Of a DNA stretch of 64,000 nucleotides, positions 12,301-24,300 are shown one piece after another. A program made the translations under genes and the position numbers. The notes beneath the pieces are model-generated. The model ran no database searches and was not told where the DNA came from. It worked only from the letters and a program-made list of their open reading frames with translations. The stretch covers positions 1-64,000 of the forward strand of contig JAWMAR010000430.1 in assembly GCA_036785375.1 (NCBI GenBank), read 5' to 3'. The first letter of the stretch is position 1. Every line of letters begins with the position of its first letter. The DNA is from Leucoraja ocellata (lineage: Eukaryota).

Positions 12301-15300
12301 AGTTTAGTTTAGCATGCATGAATACAATCAAACTGTGCACTGTGCACAGATAGAGAATACACCATTTAGTGCAAATATATAACATGGAAGTCCGATAAAG
12401 TCCAATTAAAGATTGAAGGTCTCCAATGAGATAGATGGTAGTTTGGGAACGGGATTTAGTTGGAGAGGATGGTTCAGTTGTCTGATAACAGTTGGGAAGA
12501 AACTTTTCCTGAATCTGGAGGTATGCGTTTTCCAACTTTTGTATCACTTGCCTGATGGGGGAGAGGAGTAGAGGGAGTGACCAGGGTGAGACTGGTCCTT
12601 CATTGATTGAAGGATGAGTCCCAACCTAGTAGCAAATAATGATCCTACATCAGCCAGGGCAACAGTGGAGGATAGCTCGAACATGTCTCAGGCCCATAGC
12701 CTTTACTGAGCAAGTAAACATAGATAGAGGCTAAAGGATAACATGATGGAGGTAAGCTAGTGCAGAAGCTGGTGTCAATGTCAAATATTTGACTATAGTT
12801 TTTGTAATAAGCTTTTCTTCTTCTTTCTCTACCTGAAGGATTCGCCGTCCTCCGGGCTCAGCCCACCGCGAGTTGCAGTGCCGATAATTGGAGCGGAGGA
12901 TGATGATTTTGATACCGAAGCTGAGCAGGTAAGTGTCCATTGCTGAAGTTAATTTGACCAGAGGTAGTGTGAAACTACCTAGATTGTAATTGCTGTCTGC
13001 TCACTTTACAGACTGATGTCCAGTGCAGCTGTTTCCAAACTATTGACCTGGTGAAATCCCGGCCGGCACATTTGGTTGCATTTTTACATCATGTCGTGTC
13101 TCAGTTTGAAGCAGCTCCATTGGTAAGGATCATGAACTAAGGTGAGAGGTAAAGTTCAGACACGTGTCTGCAGGTGATAGAACCCCGAGCAAAAATACAT
13201 ACCGCTGGAGTAACTCAGCAGGATAAGCAGCACGTGTGGAGGGAATGAACAGGCAAGATTAAGCCCATTAATCTCCGATTAAAGATAGTGTGAGGGTTAC
13301 CAAAGAGGTAGTCGGTAGGTCAGGACCACTCTCTAGTTGGTTCAGTTGCCTGATAACAGCTGGGAAGAAACTGTCCGTCAAGGTTTCAAGGTCAGTTTTT
13401 TGTCACATGTAACAATTAAGGTACAGTGAAATTCAAATGACCATACAGCCATACTAAAAAAGCAATAAGACACACAACTACATAAAAAGTTAACATAAAC
13501 ATCCACCACAGCAGGTTCTCCATTGTGATGGGAAGCAATAAAGTCCAATCTTTTTCCTTTATTCTCCCGCGGCCGGGGCGATCGAAACTCCCACGTTGTG
13601 ACGATCGAAGCTCCCGCGTCGTGACGATCGACGCTCCTGTGGCTTGGAGTTCTCGAAGTCGTTCTCCGACTCCCTGCATCTGGAGTTATGCATTTTCACA
13701 CTTCTGTATCTCTTGTGTGATGGGAGAAGGGAGAAGAGAGAGCGCCTGGTGTGAGACTCAACATTGATTATGTAGCTAGTCTTGCCGAGGCAGTGTCAAT
13801 GGAGTTGATGGAAGGGAGGCTGGTTTGCATGACGGTCTGGGCTATGTCCACTATTCTCTTCAATTTCATGTGGTCTTGGTCGAGCTGTTCCAAAACCGTG
13901 CTATGATGCATCCTGATAAAATACTTTCTACGGAGCATCTGTAGAACTTGGTGATGGATATCGGGAACATGACAAACGTCCTAAGTCTTCTAAGGGAGTA
14001 GAGGCGTAGTGTGCTTTCTTGACCATTGCATTGATATGGCTGGTCCAGGACAAGTCGCTGGTGATATTTACTCCGAGGATCTTGAAGCTTTTGATCATCT
14101 CCACTTCGGCACTGTCAATGTATACCTGGGTATGTGTACTGCTTTGCTTCCTGATGTCGATCATAGTCTTCTTTGTCTTGCTGGCATTGAGGCAAAGTTT
14201 GTTGACTGGCACCAGGTTTCGAGGTTCTCAATCTCCTTCCTGTACCCCATCTCGTCATTATTTGATATCAGACCCAGTACAGTGGTATCTGCAAATTTAT
14301 AAACTGAGTTGCATTTGTATTTGGCTTCTCAGTCGTGGGTGTATAAGGAAGGGAGAAATGTATGTGCCTTTAAAGACCAATAGAGGCTGAAGGATAAAAT
14401 GATGGGTTGTGGCAGGGGAAAGAGAGGGGCAGTAGGTGGAGTATTACTTGTATTTGGAGAATTCAATGTTCATATCATTAAGTTGTAAGCTACCCAGGGG
14501 AAAATGCGATGCTGTTGCTCCGGTTTGCGTGTGGCCCAACTCTAGCTACTGATGAAGTCCGGGACAGAAAGATCAGTATGAGAAGAGGAGTTAGCAACTG
14601 GGAGCTCCAGCAGCCTTCGTAGACAGAGTGCAAGAGTTCAGCAAAACAGTTGCCCAGTCTATGCTCAATCTTGCGAATGTATGCTTATCTCCAATTCCAA
14701 AGTCTGATATTTCTTCTTTCGCCTCCCCCTTTCCTTTCCACCCATATCCCTCTTCAACTGCATATCATATTTGACATTCTTTTGTCTCCTTTTCACCTCA
14801 GGCCCTTCCCCCACTAGGCCCTTTCTCACCCCCACCTTTCTTTTCCAGCTTTGTTCCATCAGCCTGACCATTCCCTCTGCAGATGCTGCCTGACCTGCTA
14901 AGCTCCTCCAGCAGTTTTTTTTTTTTTTGCTTGAGAGCAAAAGTTGTAGTGTCAGCTATAAGGATGTGGACAGATGGTGAAGATTGGTGCTGGGGTTTGT
15001 ATATAGGTGTGGTCTTGACGTTTGGGAAGGGTCACATTTTTGTATTAGAACTGCCAGTGATGAAAGGGGCTGTTTAGTTTTTGGACAAGAGATCGATTTT
15101 ACTGGTAATTGCTTTTTAATAGTTAGTGGTTTATTCTTTTCTACTCAGCTCTGTTACCTCTACGCCGATCTCTACCATCACACAAACTCCAAGGATCATC
15201 GACGGATTTTTCTCGAGTTTTGTCACCTTTTCCTTGAGAAGGGCTCGGTGAGTCGTACAGTGCAATAGTGCTGTGACACTTTCTGTATCTTGGAATTGTC

Positions 15301-18300
15301 CAGACTTTTGGCACAAGGATTATGTGCTATCTGGAACAACTTGAATGTTATTGCTTATGTCCTAGTATGGTTCATAGTATCTATAGATCAATCTTTGATA
15401 TATATATATATTCAATAACAACATAGCAATAACATTCAAGTTGTTGAACATAACATCTATGAAACCACGAACAGTGGATACTGCCTTGTTCTGCTGTTCA
15501 CTACTATGGATGCAAAATAATGTGTGTTTGTAGCAATTAATGATTCAAGCTTCAATGTTGCTTGCATTATGGTGTTTATGCCACTTTGCATTTACCTATT
15601 GGTTTATTCATTGCATTTTCGTTCTGCATTTTCTCCCAGAATCTCAAAGTTCACGTACCAGAATGGATCAGCACAGAACTAGGTAAGTCCCCAAAGCCAA
15701 TATGTTTCCAAACCTATATTTTTCATGAGACCCAGGTGCATTCACTACTTTGACTAAATGCCTTGATATAGAAAGAATGACAATGCCGCTTAATAACACA
15801 CAAAATAACAATTCAGGTGTCTCCAACTCCGAAACGGTTTGGACTGTTGCTCGCTCTTTGGTATCCAGTGCCACGTAGCGTCAGTTCTACGTAAAGGTTG
15901 CTCTGTTGCAACTTGCCAAATTATCTTCAGCAGCACCTCACGGGCCTGTTGCTTCCAATACTCGAGAGAACATGGTCTAATCTGAATCTTGAAGAATGGA
16001 TGTGATTATATTATTTCTATCGTGCTGACATTACCTGTAATCGATGCTTCCTGAAATCGAATAAAAACAACTCCTTGGATCTGAACAGTCTGTGTACATC
16101 ATAGTGATCGCAAGCCCTTTTGCCATTAGGGTCATAGAGTCATAGAGCTATACAGCATGAAAACAGACCCTTCGGCCCAACCTATACATAGGTGGTCAAC
16201 AGATTATAGCACTGAGATCAATCGACACTGGATAAATCAGTTTGCAATTTAGGACTTATTTTGTGCCAACACCTCCAATACCATTAAAAATGTTGAACCC
16301 CTGGTGTCTCAATAACAGTTTAGTGTTCTCTTTTTAACTATTGAGTGAATTGAAATATTTGCTCTGCAATTGCCTGCTCTGATTATCTTTAATATTGATA
16401 CATTATTATTCCAAGCTGATCCTACATCCATCTGTTCTTTGAATTTGCCTCCTATCGCACTCACCCACATTCACTTAACGAGTCACGTTGATCCTTTGTA
16501 CTCTAGAATCATGAAGGGGTGACTAGCCTTGATGGTGAAACTCTGAGACCTGTCAAATGCCTTAAATCCTTTTGACATTTACTAGTGTCAAAAAGATCAC
16601 TAGATTGTTTTTATTTGTTCTGGTAATCAAACGCATTTGAAAGAAATGCAGTCTTAAATAATTACAACAATAATTAAAAAGTGCTTGAAACAATAAGATT
16701 TTAAAAATAAACTGCTCATCTGGTGTAAAGTTGAGGGGTATGTGCGAGTGCCTCTGCTCCAACTTCCAGCACGTTTGTGCTCCAACACCAGTCTTGGTGG
16801 CATTAAACCATAACTGGTTTTCATATTTCAATGTGGAGGAGTGTAAGCCAGAGACAAGCTCACCTGCAAGGAGGACATTTCTACTGCTTCTGTACAGAGC
16901 TGCTAACCAGAGGTAAATGCTCCAATTTGTTTCCAGTGATGTGGTGTTCATGACCAAAATGTGGTCTCTCATTCGTTGAATAAGTGGCAAATGTATCAGC
17001 GTAATTGTTCTCTCTGTTCAATTGTTTCAGAACGTAGAAAAGGAGATCAGTCTGAGGAAATGCAACGTAGTTGTGTGCAGGGGATGCAGGACATTGTCCT
17101 GCCTGATGTTCAGACACATCTGGAAGATTTCAGGTAAGCACAGAGTCACTGCCATCATGTACTACCAGAGCAAGTCCCAAGCAACAAATGTAATAGAACT
17201 GACCTGTCCAAGGGAAGAGATGAGCCACCATCAACGCATTCCTCTCTTTCACAGTCCCCTGGCATTGGTATTGGTTTATTATTGTCACGTGGTATACCGA
17301 GATACAGTAGAATAATTTGGATTTGCGTGCTGTACAGGCCGATCATACCATGGATGATTGCAATCTAATCATACACGAGTGACTAGTTGGGTACCGCAAG
17401 GCTCGATGCTGGGACTGCAGCTATTTACAATATTCATCAATGATTTAGATGAAGGGATTCAAAATTTGCAGATGACACAAAGCTGGGTGGCAGTGTGAAC
17501 TATGAGGCGGATGCTATGAGGATGCAGGGTGACTTAGACAGGTTGGGTGAGTGGGCAATTGCATGGCAGATGCAGTTTAATGTGGATAAATGTGAGGTTA
17601 TCCACTTTGGTGGCAAAAACAGGAAGGCAGATTATTATCTGAATGGTGTCAAGTTGGGGAAAAGGGGAAGTACGAGATCTGGGGCTCCTTGTTCATCAGT
17701 CATTGAAAGTAAGCATGCATCTAAATCATTAATATATATTGTAAACAGCTGCGTTCCCTGCACCAAGCCTTGCGGCACCCCACTAGTCACCACCTGCCAT
17801 TCTGAAAGGGAGCTGTTAATTCCTACTCCCTGCCAACCAATTTTCTATCCATGTCAATACCTTACCCCCAATATCATGTGCTCTAATTTTGCTCACTAAT
17901 CTGTGTGGAACCCTATCAAAGGCTTTCTGAAAGTCCAGATACACTGCATCCACTGGTTCTCCTTCATCCATTTTACTTGTCACATCCTCAAATTACAGAA
18001 GATTAGTCAAGTAGGATTTCCCCTTCATAAATCCATGCTGACCTGGACCAATCCGTTTACTGCTATCCCAATGCACCGTTATTACTTCTTTAATAATTGA
18101 CTCCAGCATCTTCCCCACCACCAATGTCAGGCTAACTGGTCTATAATTCCCTGCTTTCTCTGTCCCTCCTTTCTTTAAAAAGTGGGATAACATTAACTAC
18201 TTTCCAATCCACAGTTACTGATCCAGAATCTATGGAACATTGGAAAATGATCACCAATGTGTCCACCTCCTTGAGTACCCTGGAATGCACACCATCAGGC

Positions 18301-21300
18301 CCTGGGGGTTTATCAGCCTTCAATCCCATCAGTCTACCCAACACCATTTCCTGATTAATGTGAATTTCCTTCAGTTCCTCCATCACCCTTGATCCTCTGT
18401 CCCCTAGTATATCTGGGAGATTGTTTGTGTCTACCTTAGTAAAGACAGAACCAAAGTACCTGTTCAACTCGTCTGTCATTTCCTTGTTCCCCATAATAAA
18501 TTCACCTGTTTCTGTCTTCAAGGGACCCACATTTATCTTAACTAATCTTTTCCTTGGAAGATTGGGAATACATCCTTAAGGTTTCTTGCAGTTTTGCAGT
18601 AGATATATAGAGATATATATAGCCATGTTTCCTGTCTCATTTTTATGTTTGCCAGAGATACAGAGTTCTACTACCTGTCCCTACCATTCCATCCATTTCA
18701 TATACTTTAATGGTTCCTGCGGTTTTGTCGAGAATGTTTGGGTACAGTTTTGCTTCCTTGTCCCTTGTCTGATTCCCTCTTCCTGCATTCCCCAATGCGA
18801 TTCTGTTTTTTGGAGGAGGTGACTAAGGTGATTGTTGAGAGTAGGTCAGTGGATGTTATCTGTATGGCTCTTACTAAGGCATTTGATCAAGTCCCTCGTG
18901 GTAGTCTGATCCAGAGGATTAAGATGCATGGGATCCACTTGGTGGTTTGGATTTACTACACACTTGCCTATAAAGGCAGAGGGTGGTGGAGGATGGGTGT
19001 TATTCTGGCTGGAGGCCTATGACCAGTGGTGTTCTGCAGCGATCTGTGCTGGAACCGCTGGTAATGTACATGGACATAATTGTAGGTGGGTTGGTTCGTA
19101 AATTTGAAGACAACAAAATTGGTGGTTGCTGACCGTGAAGAAGGCTACCAAAGGATACAGTGGAAATAGTTCAGTTACAGATATGAGCAGAGAAATGGCA
19201 GTGGCGTTTAGTTTAGTGATGCAGTCTGGAAACGGGCCCATTTGGCCCATCAAGTCCACACTGATCATCGATCTCCCGATCACACTAGTTCTATGTTATT
19301 CCACTTTCTCATCCTCTCTCTGCACACTAGGGGCAATTTTACAGCGGCCAATTAACTTACAAACCTCCACGTCTTTGGGATGTGGGAGGAAACCGGAAAA
19401 CGCCTGGAATAAACCACACAGTTACAGGGGGAAATTGCAAACTTCACACAGACAGTACCTGAGGTCAGGATCAAACCCGGGTCTCTGGCACTGAGGTAAC
19501 AGCTCTGCCAGCTGTGCTGCTGTGCCATCCATGGTAAATGCCTAGAATATGCTGCCTGGGATGGTGGTGGAAGTACATATAATAGTGGCATTTAAGAGGA
19601 TTTTAAACAGGCATATGGACATGCAAGGAATGGAGGGACATGGATCATATGTAGGCAGAAGAGATGAATTTAACTTGGCATCATGTTCGGCACAGACAGT
19701 GTGGCTGAAGGGCCTGCTCCTGTGCTGCACTCTTTTCAGTTTTATGTATTGTTCATTTGTGATTTGCATTCCAGACCTTTGCACTCCATGTTATGTACCA
19801 GAACCATGGTAAGAGTCTGACTAATTGTAAATATGTTATCTATTTGACCAATGACAATACAATCACTCGTCTGTTTAGCCATTTGCTTTGAGATTTCATA
19901 ATGGAGTTGGCTGGTTCAAAGCTGTGTCTGAGAGGATTAAATTTAATCTATATTTGTACTCCAACAGACAAAAACGGAATATGGGAATGACAATCGGAGA
20001 GAATGAATTGGCTAAGTTAGATGCAGAGCGAATGCGAGATCGCGTGGCAGCAGAACAGAAGGAGCGGGTGTGTGCAGAGCAACTGTTACAGAAGATCGAC
20101 GAGGTCCTGTAAGTATCGGTTTAAAATCCAGCCCTCAAGGGATTATTGTTGCAGGCCTTAAGTTTCAGATTGTCTGGTTGCAAGCAAGGGCTCTGGGAAG
20201 GCAGTGGATGTGGATGCGTTGTTGGCCTCAGGACAAGATTGATTCAACTTCGATATTTGATGACCTCCAAATCCATACTGTGATCAGCTCCGACTCATTC
20301 AATTATCCAGTCTCTATCTGGATTAATGATGTGTTAATTTCGTTCTATTGAGTTCTAGATTTTACTTTCACCAGCCTTAAAGAACAGTATTACAATTACA
20401 ATTGTCAAATTCAAAATGTTTGGAATGTTTTGGAAAATCGTGATCAATGTACTTGCAGTCTTTGCACTACAGTTTTCCGAACCTGATATGGAACACTCAG
20501 ATCCTTGAGGTTTTTCTGGGTTACAACCTGTTATTTACTCCTGCTATTTTTTATTACTTTTCAGTTGCACTCCCTCAACTGACATTATGATTCCCATGTC
20601 ATGCTGAGATTTTTGCCCTCCCTTTACAACACAGATCCAAAATCCTAATTTTTGTCACATTTCCTTACAGCTCTTTACCATCTTGCATGCAATAGGCCCA
20701 TTCCCACATCTACCATCATCTTCTCTCTTTCACAATTTCTCCTGAATATGTTGTGCCGAAGATTATGAAGCCCCTCCTTTAAACCACGTCTATTATTGTC
20801 GCTTTATCATAATCCCTTGTAACTTGCACATATATGCGTGTGAATATTCCCCGCCATGTCCAAACTTGCCTCAGCCCTGTCACTGAACCCTCCTATTAAT
20901 CTTTGCCCTACATTAGAACAGAAAATAGTTCTGCACAGGAAAGAGTGTCCTTTGGGCTACAATGTTTGCACTGAACATGATGCCAGGTTAAACTGATTTA
21001 ATCTGCCTGTACATGATCCATATCCCTTGCACTTCCTTGTGCCTATCTAAAAGGCTCTTGAACTCCACAATCAAATCTAAAACTTGCCCTGCACAATTCC
21101 TTTAAACTTTCTCCTTCTCCCCTTATAACTCTGCTCTCTAGTTTTGCTCATTTCCACCCTAGGGGGAAAAAGGTTTTGACTATCTACCCTATCTATGCCT
21201 CTCATAATTTTATATACTTCTATCAAGTCTCCCCTCAACCTCTGCCATTCCAGAGAAAATGATCCAAGTTTATCCATATCCTCCTTGTAATTTAAACCCA

Positions 21301-24300
21301 CTAATCCAGGAAGTATTTTGGTAAACCTTCTCTGCGCCCCCTCCTCTTCCTGTAATGGGCCGACCAGAACGGCACGCAATACTCCAAATGCGGCCGGACC
21401 AAAGTCTTGTAGAGATGCAACATGACTTCAACTTGTACTTATACACCTTGTCTCTCTTCTGAGTGGTTTTCATTTGTGTTCCTGTACTCCTTCCCAATTA
21501 TTTTATGTCTTCTGGCTCACCACTACTTAGCCTACACTTCCCACACAGGTCTCAAGCTGTTTAGGAGTAATTTGTTCATCAAACTGGGACTTGTCATTCT
21601 TAGTTATAGTTGAATGATTGAACCTGCTGGACTTTCCTTCTTTGTTCATGTTGTCAAATTACTCACTATTTTTGTTTTTTGGTTTTAGAGCGACTTTGTC
21701 CCCGTCTGAAGAAGAAAAAAGGTAAGTTTGACAATTAGCTGCTTAACTTCACCTCGACTGCATAACGGGCCAAATGACGTGTTTAATGTACCCATCTATA
21801 TTTTCAATATTCCTGTTCTTCGTTGCATATTGCAATCACTGAAAACGGTATTTTTCAGCTAAACTCATTGATTTACGTTAAGCCTTTCATTCACGTTTGG
21901 ATACCTGCTTTTCTTAGTGAAACAAGTTATCTTCACCCAATGTTAGCTAATAAACAGCCCTTTTCCTGGCGCTCAAAAATTTCTGTCCTTCCTCTTTGAG
22001 CAGTGATATTTCTTCCTGGCAAACTCTTCAAGTTCAAGTTTGTATTTATTGTCACTTAACCAACTAAGGTACAGTGAAATTTGAGTTGCATTCCCACTCT
22101 CTCTTTCTGTGGCAGTAATTCGGTTGCGGATGTGATTCTCATCTATATGAAGCAGCTTGGCGTGAAAGTGAAGGATTCGAGGAACCTGGACAGAGATCGC
22201 AGGTTACGAGTTGCATTCTTCCCAAAGAAGAAGGTATGTGTCTATAGCATTTGGATCAGGCACATGCCGTGAGTAATTACTCGGGGTAGGCAGTCAGTCG
22301 GCTTTTAAAAATTCTTAAACCGCGCATGTGCAGATTGTTCTCCTCTCCGTAAAAATAAAGAATAAAAATAAAGAAAGTGACAATTCAATTTGCCCAAGGC
22401 TTCCAAATCTCCTTCATTTTGAATTATTGAATGGGTGGAGGGTGATGACAGGTGAAGAGATGGTGGGGAAAAATGGGAGTGCACCGGGACAAGTTAAATC
22501 AGTTGTGATCTTATTGAATGACAATACTAGTTCAAGGAACCAATTGGGGGGAGAGTTCCTTTCAGAGCGTGTGGTGAGTCTAGCCAGGGGTAAAGTTGCG
22601 GGGAGGGCAGGAGCGTTGAGAAGGAGGGGGTCGGGGATCATGCCAGCGACTCACTCACTGCTGCCGCGGCTCTCCGGGCGCTGAGCCACAGCATTGTGGC
22701 CGGGGAGGTAGGTAGCTCGGGTGGCTGCGAGCAGCCGCCGGACCTCAGCGCCTTCTGCCAGCCCGCTCGCCTCTGGCAGTGCTCTCCTTTTGAACAGTGA
22801 GGGGACCAGCTCAAGAGCAAAGATCATAGAGCGGAGCTATGGATAACAGGACAGCGGGCAGTGGAAACTCCTGTGTCAGCGCGAACAAGGGACCAATTGA
22901 GGTTACTTGCACTGACACATGGAGTAAGCTCCACCGCCCGCTGTCCTGTTATCCATCGCCCGCTGACCCACTCTTGAGCTGGTTGCTCTGGCATGATCTC
23001 CGACCCCCTCCTTCTCAATGCTCCTGCCCTCCTGCCCTCCCGCAACCAATATTTTTAATTGGTTTCAGTTTGGGATGGTGAGTAAAGATGTTCTCTCCGG
23101 GCTTTTGAGAACAGTAAGAATTGTGAATGCTGCAGACTTAATTGATTATTTTAGAGGTGGCAGTTTAGCCGATGTGCTGATTAGTTGTCCACTTCTGGTG
23201 TTATCAGTTGGGGCGTGATTCTACATGTGGTCTTATCCTGCCTTTAATCATTGCACTACCAACAGCCAAGTGTAAAGAAAGAAAAGGAGACTGTGAAAGA
23301 TGATGAGAAAAGGAAACGTTTCCAGAGCATCCTGGACCCCATCCGGCGCACAAGCAAACAGGATCGCAACGCGAGTAAGTGGGACTTGGACGTGCAGTGC
23401 GCTATTTGGCTATTCTTTATTAAATGTAGGATCAAAGCATCAGGAGACTGATCTGTGACATCTTTGTTTAGTTGAAAAGGCCAAGTTACTACATCAGAGG
23501 CAAATGGGACCATATAGCCGATCTACTTCTCACTCTGACCACAGCGAGAGATCAAAATCTATTCCATTCTTCAGCGAGGGAAGCGATCAGTCAGCGGTGA
23601 CCGGCTCATCAGGTCCAGCGTCGGCCAACGTTGTTCATGATGGGATCTCAGAGAGCGATACAGGTACCCGGGAAATGCAGTGCAATGAATTGTATCCAGC
23701 ACCCAGCACAAAATAATTTGTGTGTGGTGACTATTGTAGCCATGCCTTCTACTTCTTATGTTGCTGCTGTCTCCTTCCTATAAGTTGTTGTCTCTGCTTT
23801 TATCGATCATCTTCCCTCTCTCTGCTCCATACTACTCGTACTCCCTCCTTTTCTCACCCTCTCTCATTTCCCCTCCACTCTCTTTTCCAGTTTTTGTCAC
23901 GTTGCCCTCCCACTGCCCTTTCCTGTCCTATTAACCAATTTGGGCTTTGCTCACCCCCTACTCTACCCCAGTCCACACCTCTCCCTCTCCCTTTCTCATT
24001 TGGCTCTCTTGCTCTGCATCACTGTTTCTCTCCTTTCACGGGTGTGATTGAAACGGAGCATGTCAACATTACAAAATGAGTGTGAGAAATGATGGGGGAA
24101 TAGCAGCAGAATGTTCTCGGATGTATACATGATTCTTTCTCTCTATCCTTCTCAGATTCTGCTCCTGCAACACCTGCGACATTGAAGATGTTAGCAGACA
24201 ACTTATTCATTGGGGATTCCAGCACTTCTACACCAAAGTCAGCCTTCGAGCTATCCACCCTCGATCAGGTGATGGAGGAGGACCGAGAGTCAGAGAAGTG

